Translations under genes and position numbers: made by a program
The notes under the pieces: generated by a model
Told to the model about the DNA's origin: nothing
Database searches by the model: none
What the model saw: only the letters and a program-made list of their open reading frames with translations
Assembly (NCBI GenBank): GCA_910585045.1
Contig: CAJUCD010000001.1
Location: 111,573 to 175,572, forward strand
Origin: an uncultured Bacilli bacterium
Lineage (GTDB): Bacteria; Bacillota_I; Bacilli_A; RF39; UBA660
Direction: 5' to 3'
Length of the DNA stretch: 64,000 nucleotides
In this document: piece by piece, positions 18,563 to 28,672 of the stretch
How positions within the stretch are numbered: the stretch's first letter is position 1
Layout: each line of letters begins with the position of its first letter

Positions 18563-21500
18563 TTAAATATATGATTTTATTAATTCTAGTAAAGGAACAA
18601 AAGTATAAAGAAAGTGTTTATCATCTTTTTTTAGCATTAATGATATTTTTATTCTTTTGTTTTGATATTTATATTTTAAATTAGGATTAATTGTGTATGA
18701 TTCTAAAAATAGTTTGTCTGCTTTTATTTTATTAGATATGTCTTCAGGTAATTCTAGTTCAATTAGATTACGATTTTGAATTACTCTTTTAATATTTAAA
18801 CTTTTTGCTAATTTTTCAAACCATTCCTCATACATGTATATTATAATTTCTTCACTTACTTTACCAAAACGGTCTTCTAACTCCTCTTTTATTTGAGCAA
18901 GTTTTTCTTTTGAATCTATTTCATTTATTTTACTATGAATTTCAATTTTTATTTCATCATCAGCAATATATTCATCACTTATGTGAGTACTTACATTAAC
19001 TAGAGCAGGAGCTGAATCATCTTCAGGAATTATTTCTTCACCTTTTAGCCTTTTCATTTCTTCTTCTATCATTTGCATATATAAGTTTATACCCACAGAA
19101 TCTACAAAACCTGCTTGCTCACTTCCTAAGATATCGCCTGCACCTCTAATAGATAAGTCTCGCATTGCAATTCGATATCCACTTCCTAATTCAGTGAATT
19201 CTTTTATAGCTTCAAGTCTTTTAATTGCTATTTCATTTAAAATTTTACTTTTATCATATAACAAATAAGCATAAGCAATTTTATTACTGCGGCCAACACG
19301 ACCTCTTATTTGATATAGTTGTGATAAGCCAAAATGGTCAGCATTATATATAATTAATGTATTAGCATTTGGAATATCTATACCTGTTTCTATAATAGTT
19401 GTACACACTAAAATATCATATTTATATTCAATAAAGCTTTCCATTATGTCTTCTAATTCTTGTTTTGTCATACGACCATGAGCACTTACTATTCGGGCTT
19501 CTGGTACTAATTCGCTTATTTTTCTTTTGATGCTCTCTAAATGCTCTATATTATTATATAATATAAATACTTGTCCTTGACGGGATAATTCCTTATATAT
19601 AGCATCTTTAACAATTAAATCTTGTTCTTCTAAAACGTAAGTTTGGATAGGATATCTGTTTACAGGCGCTGTATCAATTACTGATAAATCTCTTAGTCCT
19701 GACATTGCCATTTTTAAAGTACGAGGAATTGGAGTTGCAGACAAAGTTAAAACGTTTACATCTGTTTTGTATTTTTTGATTTTTTCTTTATGAGTTACAC
19801 CAAATCTTTGCTCTTCATCTACTATTAATAAACCTAATTTTTGGAATTTCACATCATCACTTAAGAGACGATGGGTACCAAAAACAATATCTATTTTACC
19901 ATTTTCAAGTTCTGTTATTATTCTTTTCGTTTCTTTAGCACTTGTAAATCGATTTAATAAAGCTATATTTACAGGATAATCTTTAAATCGGTTTAATGCT
20001 GCATTATATTGTTGTTTAGATAAAATTGTTGTGGGACAAAGATAAAATACTTGTTTATTATTAACAATAGCTTTAAACATAGCACGAAATGCCACTTCCG
20101 TTTTACCAAATCCTACATCGCCACATAATAAACGGTCCATAGGTACTTTGTCTTGTAAATCTTTGTCGATTTCATTGATTGCTTTTTCTTGGTCACGAGT
20201 AGGGGAATATTGGAAACTAGATGCAAATTCCTTTTCTAGTTCGTAAGTCTCATAAACATCTCCCTTTAGAGCTTTTCTTTCAGCATATAGTTTTAGCAGT
20301 TCTTCAGATATATCTTTGATTCTTTTTTCAACACTTCTTTTGGTTTTGGCCCAGGATGTAGAGCTTAGTTTATTTATTTTTGGTTTTAAACCATCTTTAT
20401 TAGCATATTTTAAAATAGTATTAATTTTTTCAACTGGTATATAAACTTTATCGTTTCCATCATATAAAATTTCTAGATAATCTTTTTTTAACCCATTTGT
20501 TGTTAAAGTTTTAATTCCATTATATATACCAATACCATGAGCCATGTGAACTACATAATCTCCTAAATTTAAAGCATTTAAATCTTTAATTTTACGGCCT
20601 ATTTTATAACTATTTTTATACTTTATTTCTTGCTTTGTAACATTTTCTATATCATTCTCAGTTATTATAACATATTTTTCAAAAATAAAACCTTTAGGAA
20701 AAAATTTAGGTATAACTTTGTGAGGAACAGTAATATTCTCTTTAATTATTCTTCTTTGATTTTCTTTGGATAAATAAAAAATAATATTATATCCTTTCTT
20801 GTGCCATATTACAGTTTGATCTTTTAAACGTTCCAAATTAGAGTTGAAGTTTGTTAGTTCTTGACTACTAAAATTTAAATAGTTTGAATTTGTAATTTTG
20901 TTATCAAGAAAATTAATATATATATTTTCTTTGGGATTTATCTCATCCATAGAAAACATAAATTTAGTATTTGAGTCTAAATTGTTAGCTACACGAAATT
21001 CAAACATTTCTTCTTCTAGTTTTTGATAACTAGCCTTTATACGATTTTCATCTATAATGATTACTATGGCTTCTTTTGTGTAATCATATAAGCTGGATTT
21101 TTCTTCTGTTTTGATTTCACCATTAGAAATTAAATTTATTTCTGTTATATTTTCTATAGATTTTTGGGTATTTTCATCAAAGTATCTTATAGAATCAATA
21201 CTGTTACCAAAAAACTCTATTCTAATAGGATGTTCATTTAAGGTGATAAAAATATCTATAACAAAACCTCTGATGGCATATTCGCCTGTTGATGTTACAA
21301 TACTTTCACGTTTATAATCTAATTCTTCTAATATTCTAATTAATTTTTCACGATTTATTTCTTCGCCTACTTTAAGCTTAATGTTAAGTTTATTTTTTAC
21401 TTTTGAAGATGTTAGATATTTTAAATATCCCATGAGATTGGTAACTATTATATTTGGTGAATTTGTTATATGTTCTAGAGTTTCAATACGAGTAGTTTTT

Positions 21501-21748
21501 AGTTCGGGAGAAATAGCAAGAGCTTGGCTAGTTAAGAAGTCATCCATCGGAAAAAGATAGACATTATCATTAAATGTTTTTAAACCTGCAAAAAAGTTGT
21601 TAGCCTCATAAAGTGTACTTGTTAAAACTATTATATCTTTTTGTTGTTCACGATAAATTTGATCCACGTAAAGATAAGCTAACTCTTTTGTTAGCCCCAT
21701 AATTGTAATGTTATTTTCATATTTAAAATACGAACTTAAAAAATCCAT
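18563..21748 (-). CDS. mfd: transcription-repair coupling factor
   Basis: 1061 aa with helicase motifs GDVGFGKTEV and DEEQRFGV, and pth-mfd synteny. Confidence 0.95.
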   Translation of the reverse strand: MDFLSSYFKYENNITIMGLTKELAYLYVDQIYREQQKDIIVLTSTLYEANNFFAGLKTFNDNVYLFPMDDFLTSQALAISPELKTTRIETLEHITNSPNIIVTNLMGYLKYLTSSKVKNKLNIKLKVGEEINREKLIRILEELDYKRESIVTSTGEYAIRGFVIDIFITLNEHPIRIEFFGNSIDSIRYFDENTQKSIENITEINLISNGEIKTEEKSSLYDYTKEAIVIIIDENRIKASYQKLEEEMFEFRVANNLDSNTKFMFSMDEINPKENIYINFLDNKITNSNYLNFSSQELTNFNSNLERLKDQTVIWHKKGYNIIFYLSKENQRRIIKENITVPHKVIPKFFPKGFIFEKYVIITENDIENVTKQEIKYKNSYKIGRKIKDLNALNLGDYVVHMAHGIGIYNGIKTLTTNGLKKDYLEILYDGNDKVYIPVEKINTILKYANKDGLKPKINKLSSTSWAKTKRSVEKRIKDISEELLKLYAERKALKGDVYETYELEKEFASSFQYSPTRDQEKAINEIDKDLQDKVPMDRLLCGDVGFGKTEVAFRAMFKAIVNNKQVFYLCPTTILSKQQYNAALNRFKDYPVNIALLNRFTSAKETKRIITELENGKIDIVFGTHRLLSDDVKFQKLGLLIVDEEQRFGVTHKEKIKKYKTDVNVLTLSATPIPRTLKMAMSGLRDLSVIDTAPVNRYPIQTYVLEEQDLIVKDAIYKELSRQGQVFILYNNIEHLESIKRKISELVPEARIVSAHGRMTKQELEDIMESFIEYKYDILVCTTIIETGIDIPNANTLIIYNADHFGLSQLYQIRGRVGRSNKIAYAYLLYDKSKILNEIAIKRLEAIKEFTELGSGYRIAMRDLSIRGAGDILGSEQAGFVDSVGINLYMQMIEEEMKRLKGEEIIPEDDSAPALVNVSTHISDEYIADDEIKIEIHSKINEIDSKEKLAQIKEELEDRFGKVSEEIIIYMYEEWFEKLAKSLNIKRVIQNRNLIELELPEDISNKIKADKLFLESYTINPNLKYKYQNKRIKISLMLKKDDKHFLYTFVPLLELIKSYI

Positions 21749-21757
21749 ATGACCTCC

Positions 21758-22321
21758 TTACTGGGAATTGCCATTATATTTATTCATTAATTCATTTATA
21801 TTATGTACTAGAAAATCATTTAGAATACTATTGAGAGTAGGATATATTTCCTTGATTATCTCTAGTTCTTTTGAATTTAATTTACCTAAAACATAATCCT
21901 TAGTATCAAAGTTTTTATTATGAGATATGCCAACTTTAAGTCTTGCAAAGGATGTAGTTCCTAATTCCTCAATAACCGATTTAATACCATTATGACCACC
22001 AGCTGAGCTATTTGTTTTAAGGCGATATTTTCCTAAAGGTAAGTCTAAATCATCATGAATTATTAAAATATCTTTAACATCTATTTTAAAAAAGTTAGAA
22101 CATTCCTTAATAGCTCGACCTGATAAATTCATGTAAGTAGATGGCTTTAAAAAATGAACTTTTTCATTATTAATTATAATATTTGTATATAGACCATTAA
22201 ACTTTAATTGCCAATTAACATTACTAACACTTAAATAATTGTCTACTACCATAAATCCAATATTGTGTCGTGTATTCTCATATTCTTTACCTGGATTTCC
22301 TAAACCAACTATAAGTTTCAT
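21758..22321 (-). CDS. pth: peptidyl-tRNA hydrolase
   Basis: LIVGLGNPGKEYENTRHNIGF. Confidence 0.95.
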   Translation of the reverse strand: MKLIVGLGNPGKEYENTRHNIGFMVVDNYLSVSNVNWQLKFNGLYTNIIINNEKVHFLKPSTYMNLSGRAIKECSNFFKIDVKDILIIHDDLDLPLGKYRLKTNSSAGGHNGIKSVIEELGTTSFARLKVGISHNKNFDTKDYVLGKLNSKELEIIKEIYPTLNSILNDFLVHNINELMNKYNGNSQ

Positions 22322-22326
22322 TTTAT

Positions 22327-23037
22327 TTACTCCTTTCGGAAAATGTTTTGATAAGTTTTTGTTTGTCGATTAATTATTTTGCTATTTATTTTTACACCAA
22401 ATTTAGCATTTTTAACAAATTTCAGCAGTATCATTATAGCACAGTCTTGAGGTTTTGTATAAATAAATTCTATTTCTTTTACATGAAGATTGTATTTATT
22501 AGCTAAAATTAAAATCTCTTCAAGGCGTTCAGGTCTATGTACTAGATAGAATTTACCATTATTTTTAAGTAAAAAACTAGCATTTTCAATGATCTCTTCT
22601 AATGTTATTGTTAGTTCATGCCTTGCTATGGCTTTTTCCTGATTAGAATTTATTAATGAATTTTTGGCAATTTTAAAAAAAGGAGGATTACATGTAACTA
22701 TATCAAAATTATTTCCCGGGAAATAATTGTTAATAACTTTGGCATTAATATTTAACATTTTAATCTTAGATGATAATTTATTATATTTGATACTTTTATT
22801 AGCTAAATTATAAATTGATTTCTGGATTTCAACACCTATAATATTTATGTCATGTTTAGAGGCTAAAATTAAAGGCAGTGGAGCATTACCACTACACAAA
22901 TCTATTAATTTTCTATCACTTTTTTTAATATCCACAAATTCACTTAGTAATAATGAATCTAAAGAAAACTTAAATTTTTCTTCGTCCTGATAAATTTTTA
23001 GACCATAATCAAATAAATCATTAATAATTATACTCAT
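22327..23037 (-). CDS. tRNA (adenine-N6)-methyltransferase, YabB/TrmN6-like
   Basis: SAM motif DLCSGNA and N6-MTase motif TCNPPFF. Confidence 0.7.
   Translation of the reverse strand: MSIIINDLFDYGLKIYQDEEKFKFSLDSLLLSEFVDIKKSDRKLIDLCSGNAPLPLILASKHDINIIGVEIQKSIYNLANKSIKYNKLSSKIKMLNINAKVINNYFPGNNFDIVTCNPPFFKIAKNSLINSNQEKAIARHELTITLEEIIENASFLLKNNGKFYLVHRPERLEEILILANKYNLHVKEIEFIYTKPQDCAIMILLKFVKNAKFGVKINSKIINRQTKTYQNIFRKE
22710..22725. other. Noc-binding site palindrome TATTTCCCGGGAAATA (inside a CDS)
   Basis: Perfect 16-mer. It shares 24 identical bp with the copy at 18535. Confidence 0.75.
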
Positions 23038-23822
23038 TTGGAATCATCTAATTTCACTTCAATACGTTCATTATCAATAATTACTTTATAACTTCTATTT
23101 AAAATATCACGACTTACTACTTGGCCTTTGCCAGATGGAGTTTCAACATATTCTCCTAAATCTGGAAGTCCAATACTACAATTTTGATATTCACTGTCCT
23201 CATAAGTAAGACAGCATAAAAGTCTTCCGCATAAACCATTTATTTTGGTAGGATTTAAAGCAATTCCTTGATTTTTGGCCATATTCATAGAAACTGAATC
23301 TATATGGTTTAGGAAATTAGCACAACATATCTTTTGACCACATGGTCCAACTCCACCAATTTCCCTTGCTTTATCACGCGCTCCTATTTGACGTAACTCT
23401 ATTCTCGTGCGATAAATACTCGCAAGTTTTTTAGCTAATTCCCGGAAATCTATTCGTTCATCTGCTAGAAAATTAAAAATTAGTTGTTTACGGTCAAAAG
23501 TAAAACTAGCATTAATTATTTTCATATCTAAATTTAATTCTTTTACTATCTCTCGACAATCACGTAGGGCTTTTTCCGAATCTTTAAGATTTTTTAAGTA
23601 TTGTTCATAATCATTTTTAGTAGATATGCGAATAATTTCTTTTAATTCATCAACATTTTTGATAGTACTACTATCGATTTGGCTTACTACTTTGCCAAAC
23701 TGTTCACCTTTTTCGGTTTTTGTAATGACGGTAACATTAATAGGACATTTAACTGCACTTTTAAAATTATAAATCTTACCATTATCTTTAAAGTTAACAC
23801 CATATATGTAATTTTTATTCAT
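23034..23822 (-). CDS. ricT: PSP1-domain regulator RicT/YaaT (stage 0 sporulation protein)
   Basis: Cys-rich PSP1 C-terminal region GPCGQKICCANFL...GRLLCCLTYE, downstream of holB as in Bacillus. Confidence 0.85.
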   Translation of the reverse strand: MNKNYIYGVNFKDNGKIYNFKSAVKCPINVTVITKTEKGEQFGKVVSQIDSSTIKNVDELKEIIRISTKNDYEQYLKNLKDSEKALRDCREIVKELNLDMKIINASFTFDRKQLIFNFLADERIDFRELAKKLASIYRTRIELRQIGARDKAREIGGVGPCGQKICCANFLNHIDSVSMNMAKNQGIALNPTKINGLCGRLLCCLTYEDSEYQNCSIGLPDLGEYVETPSGKGQVVSRDILNRSYKVIIDNERIEVKLDDSK

Positions 23823-24678
23823 GAGTACCTCGCATTTCTATAACTAATTTGTCTAAAATTAATTCAATGTTTACATTATAACTCATTTCATTTAAAATTG
23901 TAGTTAATATTTGTAATTTTTTATTAATTAGATCTAAAGAATCAGTTACCTGATATATATTTGTAAGTTCTTCTTCAAATTGTTTACCTAAAATTTTTAG
24001 AAAATAGTTATGATATATGTTAAAGAGAAATTTTAAAAATATTATTACTTCTTTTCGCTCTGGATAATTATTTAAAATTAATACTTTATTATTTATATAA
24101 TCTGTACTGTATAATTTATCTAAATAGTTTATAATTGTTCTTTTGTATTTTTCATAAGTTTCTTCATCAATTTCTAATTTATCAGTTAACTTTTTGACTT
24201 CATAGTTTAATACTAAAGTTTGACACCTACTTTTTATTGTATCCATCATACTATCTTTACTTGTTGTAAGAAAAAATCCTAGAATTCCTGAGGTTGGTTC
24301 TTCAACAAATTTTAACATGGAATTGGCACTGCTGGCATTAAGTTTATCAGCATATTTAATTATATATGTATTATAAGTGCTATAAATTGGCATAGTTCCA
24401 AAATCTATTTTTAAGTCTTCTATTTGTTGTTTTTTAATGCTTGTCCCATCAGGTTCAATTATTTTAAGACTAGGTAGATTATTTTTGTTTATTAAATTAC
24501 AAAGATTACACGTAGAACAATTTGTTTTGTATTCTTCAGGACAATTTAAAGTTTTTATTAAATCTTTTAGGTCTTTTAGAGCTCGTTCAATATTATTTGT
24601 TTCAATTAAATAAGCGTGAGCTAACTTATTCTCACGTTTTCTATTTAAAATTTCTAATAATACTTCATTTTGAAACAT
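23815..24678 (-). CDS. holB: DNA polymerase III subunit delta-prime
   Basis: LAHAYLI N-terminus, Zn module CSTCNLC, and synteny. Confidence 0.8.
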   Translation of the reverse strand: MFQNEVLLEILNRKRENKLAHAYLIETNNIERALKDLKDLIKTLNCPEEYKTNCSTCNLCNLINKNNLPSLKIIEPDGTSIKKQQIEDLKIDFGTMPIYSTYNTYIIKYADKLNASSANSMLKFVEEPTSGILGFFLTTSKDSMMDTIKSRCQTLVLNYEVKKLTDKLEIDEETYEKYKRTIINYLDKLYSTDYINNKVLILNNYPERKEVIIFLKFLFNIYHNYFLKILGKQFEEELTNIYQVTDSLDLINKKLQILTTILNEMSYNVNIELILDKLVIEMRGTHE

Positions 24679-24690
24679 CTAGGTCACCTA

Positions 24691-24885
24691 CTAAATTATA
24701 AAATATGTTACTACTAATCCAATAATTCCAGGAGAGCCCAAAAGACTTACTAGAATTATAGTTAAAGCGTTTATTGGAATAAATATATCTATAGAAGATA
24801 ATATAAGGTTTATTCCATATAACATTACAAAGGCAATACATATTTTTCTTAATAATTTTATTATTTTTTTGGTCATATTTATCAC
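24691..24885 (-). CDS. bofA: BofA-like pro-sigma-K processing inhibitor (two-TM small protein)
   Basis: 64 aa, two TM segments, LGSPGIIGL motif, located after recR as in Bacillus. Confidence 0.6.
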   Translation of the reverse strand: MINMTKKIIKLLRKICIAFVMLYGINLILSSIDIFIPINALTIILVSLLGSPGIIGLVVTYFII

Positions 24886-24912
24886 ATTAAACTATATGAT
24901 AAAATTTACTCT

Positions 24913-25515
24913 TTATTCCGAAATTTTCTTGCGGTCCTCTAAAGCTTTTTCTAAAGTTACATTGTCTAAATAGTCAATGTCAGCACCAATTGGGATTCCA
25001 TATGATAGTCTGGAAATAGTTACATTTTTACTTTCAAGAATCTTTTTGATATACAAGGTTGTGGCTTCACCTTCAATAGTAGGCTTTAAAGCCAAAATAA
25101 GCTCTACTTCTTTTAATTTACTTACTCTATTTTCTAAGGATGCTAAATTTATATCTTCAGGTCCAATATCATCAATAGGAGAAATTAAACCATTTAGAAC
25201 ATGATAAGTACCTTTAAATTTACCAGATTTTTCGAAAGAAAATACGCTTTTGTAGTCTTCTACTACACAAATAAGATTTTGATTTCTGTTTTCAGAATTG
25301 CATATGTCACATATTTCGTTGTCAGTAATATGTCCACATATTGTACATCTTGTTAGATTATTCTTGGCATTTATTAGTGTTTTACTAAATTCCTCTATTT
25401 CTTCATTGTTAAATTCGATTGTGGCTATTGCTAATCTCTCAGCACTTCTTTCGCCGATTCCTGGAAGTTTTTTATAATAATTAATTAACTTTTCTAAATC
25501 AATGGGAAAGTTCAT
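24913..25515 (-). CDS. recR: recombination protein RecR
   Basis: HhH LPGIGERSAERLA, Zn finger CTICGH...CDIC, and a Toprim domain. Confidence 0.95.
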   Translation of the reverse strand: MNFPIDLEKLINYYKKLPGIGERSAERLAIATIEFNNEEIEEFSKTLINAKNNLTRCTICGHITDNEICDICNSENRNQNLICVVEDYKSVFSFEKSGKFKGTYHVLNGLISPIDDIGPEDINLASLENRVSKLKEVELILALKPTIEGEATTLYIKKILESKNVTISRLSYGIPIGADIDYLDNVTLEKALEDRKKISE

Positions 25516-25814
25516 TAAAATAGCCCACCTAAATTTGCGCCATAGTTTCCTAGTTTGCTTTCTAGTTCCTTATCTACAGCTTCATTGGCTTTATTTAGAG
25601 CAATTTTTATCATATCTTCAAGCATTTCTTTGTCATCATCTTCAATAGGTCCAGTGAAAGTAATAGTTACTTTTTCAACTTCTTTTTTGCCATTTATCTT
25701 TACAGTTACCCACTCTGATACTCCTTCAAAACTACTATTATTTATTTCCTCTTTCTTTTTTGTAATATCTCTTTGCATTTTTTGGGCTTGAGCCATTATT
25801 TGTTGCATATTCAT
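25515..25814 (-). CDS. nucleoid-associated protein YbaB/EbfC
   Basis: About 99 aa, MQQIMAQAQKMQ start, and dnaX-ybaB-recR synteny. Confidence 0.9.
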   Translation of the reverse strand: MNMQQIMAQAQKMQRDITKKKEEINNSSFEGVSEWVTVKINGKKEVEKVTITFTGPIEDDDKEMLEDMIKIALNKANEAVDKELESKLGNYGANLGGLF

Positions 25815-25833
25815 TTTTAATTCCTTCTTTCTA

Positions 25834-27435
25834 TTATTCTATTTCTATTTTATCTTTATCAAATATTTCTAATGCTGTTTTTTCAATATTGTTTATTTCT
25901 GGTTCTTCTTTTACTTCTTCTGTTGGTTCATCCATTAATACATATGGTACTTTATTTTTTAAATTATTTATATATATTAATTTTTCTTCTTGCCATTTTT
26001 TATCTGTTATAGCTATAAATTTATAGTTTAAATCAAATAATTTTTTAAATGTATTTTTTATATTTTCTAATTCTTTATTAATTAAATTTACTGAGCCATC
26101 TAGATTGTTAGTTAAAATGGCAATAGAATCACTAGCAGCGGCTATATTAGTATCAATTAATAGATTCATTAATGATTTATTATCTAAATTTCTAATAAAT
26201 TGTGGCCATTTAGCCTTTAAATCTTGGAGTCTGTCTTTACTTGCTAAAGCTAAACAATTATTTATTCTAATTTTTATTAATGAACTTATATCTTTTTCTT
26301 CCACGGCTTCTAATGGTTTAGGAACTGGCTTTTCTATTACTGGTGAAATATTTTCTACCTCTGCCTTACTTTCTACATTTGAAATTGAATTTTGACTTGT
26401 AGCATTTTTCATATATTTTAGTAAAGTAATTTCAATTAACAAGTAAGGGTCTATATTGATATTAATATAATTAGAAATATCTGCGAGTTCAAATGCCATT
26501 TCTTTTAATTCTTTATATGATAATCCTTCATTAATATTGTCTTTTTTAATAGAAATAGCAAGTTCTTCAATCTTTTCTAACATTTTTTTGATGAAAAGTT
26601 TATAATCAATTGCTAATTCTTTAAAATTCTTTATTAAATTATCAAATGTATCAATATCATTTTCTAATATTGTTTTAAATAAATTATTAATTTGTTTTTT
26701 GGATATCGAACCAAAATGGGAAATTACTTCTTCAATAGTTATCTCTGAGCTTTGAGATGATAACTGATCTAATATACTTAAAGCGTCTCTTAGACCACCA
26801 TCACTTATATAAGCAATTTCTTCCAAAGCTTCTTGGGTTATTTTAATATTTTCCTCTTGAACAACATAGGATAGGCGTCTAATTATATTATCTATTGTTA
26901 TTTTATGAAAATCAAAGCGTTGACATCTTGATAAAATAGTTATTGGTACAGCTTCAATATTTGTTGTTGCTAAAATGAAAACAATGTGTTTTGGTGGTTC
27001 TTCTAAAGTTAATAACAGAGCGTTAAAGGCACTGGTACTAAGCATGTGAACCTCATCTATAATATATACCTTATATTTTGAATAAGCGGGGGCTAATTTA
27101 ATATTATTAATTATTTCCCTGATTTCTTCAACGCCATTATTAGATGCTGCATCTATTTCTATAATATCAGCATTTTCTTTAAAATGATTGCAGCTATCGC
27201 AATTATTGCATGGACCATTATCTGTAGGATTTAAACAATTTATGGCTTTAGCAAAAACTTTGGCTGTACTAGTTTTTCCTGTTCCTCTAGGTCCCGAAAA
27301 AATATAAGCATGAGATATTTTTGAGTTTTTAATTGAATTTCTTAAAATGGAAGTCATATAATCTTGTCCAATTATACTAGAAAAATCATCTGGTCTATAT
27401 TTACGATAAAGTACTTTGTAATCCATTTTAATCAC
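25834..27435 (-). CDS. dnaX: DNA polymerase III subunit gamma/tau
   Basis: GPRGTGKTS, Zn module CNNCDSC, and DEVHML. Confidence 0.95.
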   Translation of the reverse strand: MIKMDYKVLYRKYRPDDFSSIIGQDYMTSILRNSIKNSKISHAYIFSGPRGTGKTSTAKVFAKAINCLNPTDNGPCNNCDSCNHFKENADIIEIDAASNNGVEEIREIINNIKLAPAYSKYKVYIIDEVHMLSTSAFNALLLTLEEPPKHIVFILATTNIEAVPITILSRCQRFDFHKITIDNIIRRLSYVVQEENIKITQEALEEIAYISDGGLRDALSILDQLSSQSSEITIEEVISHFGSISKKQINNLFKTILENDIDTFDNLIKNFKELAIDYKLFIKKMLEKIEELAISIKKDNINEGLSYKELKEMAFELADISNYININIDPYLLIEITLLKYMKNATSQNSISNVESKAEVENISPVIEKPVPKPLEAVEEKDISSLIKIRINNCLALASKDRLQDLKAKWPQFIRNLDNKSLMNLLIDTNIAAASDSIAILTNNLDGSVNLINKELENIKNTFKKLFDLNYKFIAITDKKWQEEKLIYINNLKNKVPYVLMDEPTEEVKEEPEINNIEKTALEIFDKDKIEIE

Positions 27436-27457
27436 CTATTTAATTATATCATAATAG

Positions 27458-27883
27458 TTATCGTTTGTCTCGTCGCAATTTGAAGAAATCACTTAAATAT
27501 TGGCTATATTCCTCTTTTTGCATACTATTGTTCGTTTCGACAAATTTTGTTTTATTATATTCTTTTTTATTATTTGGTTTACTTAATAAGTAATAAACAT
27601 TCTGAATTCTTGATTGTTTAATAATATTTTCACAAATACTACATGGTTTTAAAGTTACATATAAATCGCAATCATTTAAACGCCAGTCTTTCAATTTTCT
27701 GCTAGCTTTTGAAATTACTAACACTTCTGCGTGATTGCAAACATTATTAGTTTTTTCTTTAGTATTAAATGCTTTGGCGATAATTTTATTATTTTTTACA
27801 ATGAGAGCACTAACAGGAACATCTTGATGCTTTGTAGCTTTTTTGGCAAGCTTCATTAATATATTATAATATTTATCATTCAT
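27458..27883 (-). CDS. tadA: tRNA-specific adenosine deaminase
   Basis: HAE...PCSIC deaminase Zn motifs. The start at MNDKYY has a GGAGG RBS. The track extension overlaps the SRP RNA. Confidence 0.85.
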   Translation of the reverse strand: MNDKYYNILMKLAKKATKHQDVPVSALIVKNNKIIAKAFNTKEKTNNVCNHAEVLVISKASRKLKDWRLNDCDLYVTLKPCSICENIIKQSRIQNVYYLLSKPNNKKEYNKTKFVETNNSMQKEEYSQYLSDFFKLRRDKR

Positions 27884-27904
27884 AAAAATACCTCCATAAA
27901 AAAA

Positions 27905-27975
27905 GTGCACACAAATAGGGATTGATGTGGCTGCTACTTTCCAGTCCTGACCAAGTTACAATATATTTGTTGCAC
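27905..27975 (-). ncRNA. ffs: minimal signal recognition particle RNA (small SRP / 4.5S-like)
   Basis: The minus strand reads GGTCAGGACTGGAAAGTAGCAGCC, the conserved domain IV with a GGAA tetraloop. The closing helix is GTGCAACAAATA / TATTTGTGTGCAC, followed by a U-run. It sits upstream of tadA-dnaX, the same neighbourhood as scr in Bacillus. Confidence 0.75.
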
Positions 27976-28015
27976 GTTATTAATTTATCATACTTTTAAT
28001 TTTTTTTCAAGTATA

Positions 28016-28031
28016 TGTTTCACGTGGAACA
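28016..28031. other. parS site 1 (TGTTTCACGTGGAACA)
   Basis: Reverse complement of the B. subtilis parS TGTTCCACGTGAAACA. Confidence 0.85.
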
Positions 28032-28103
28032 TATTTTTTACAATATTTATAAATTTCATATTATTTTTTTATGCAAATTTAATTTTCAAGACATTTAAAA
28101 CAA

Positions 28104-28119
28104 TGTTTCACGTGAAACA
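28104..28119. other. parS site 2 (TGTTTCACGTGAAACA, perfect palindrome)
   Basis: Matches the consensus TGTTNCACGTGAAACA. The palindrome extends to 22 bp. Confidence 0.85.
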
Positions 28120-28390
28120 TTGTTAATAACTCGAGATTTTTCAACATTTTTTAAACTTTTAAAGATGTTATATGTTGTACTTTTTAAAAGTTTGCAATTA
28201 ATTTATTTTAAAAGTTAAATTTGCCTATGTAAGCAATCAGTTTTATTCCTTTTAATTTAAAAATAGAAATTAAAGTATATTTTATAACGTTTTATATAAA
28301 ATTTTATTTTTTCATTTTAGAATATAATAATTTTAAATATATAACTTATCATATTTTTTTAGGTTAATTTAATAATATTTTTCACTACAA

Positions 28391-28406
28391 TGTTTCACGT
28401 GAAACA
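28391..28406. other. parS site 3
   Basis: Same 24-bp block as site 2. Confidence 0.85.
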
Positions 28407-28407
28407 T

Positions 28408-28416
28408 TGTGGATAA
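28408..28416 (-). other. perfect DnaA box (TTATCCACA on minus strand) abutting parS site 3
   Basis: TGTGGATAA on the plus strand, 1 bp after the parS palindrome. Confidence 0.5.
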
Positions 28417-28574
28417 TTTTAATTTAATTATTTATAATTATATTTTAATTACAAAGAAGGGTAGGTTATTAGACGTTTTAATATTAATCATTAGATATTA
28501 TGCAATAAGATTTTATTATTATTTTAAAAACTTCAGGATTCTTTACTTTTCGAATTAACTGCATAGCTGAAAAA

Positions 28575-28590
28575 TGTTTCACGTGAAACA
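28575..28590. other. parS site 4
   Basis: TGTTTCACGTGAAACA, a perfect palindrome. Confidence 0.85.
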
Positions 28591-28672
28591 TTTTCTAATT
28601 TTCCACCATTTTTATAGTTACTAACATTTTCTTCTATAAAAATTAATATAAATTTAGTTAAAAAAAATAATG

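Noticed and set aside
23438-23452. aattcccggaaat resembles an NBS with one central base missing.
   Set aside because: The palindrome is broken by the deletion and the flanks are imperfect, so it is not counted as a Noc site.
28016-28590. Repeated palindromes in a non-coding AT-rich region could suggest a CRISPR array.
   Set aside because: There are only four copies, the spacing is irregular (88/287/184 bp), the repeat is 16-24 bp, and no cas genes are present. The sequence equals the parS consensus.
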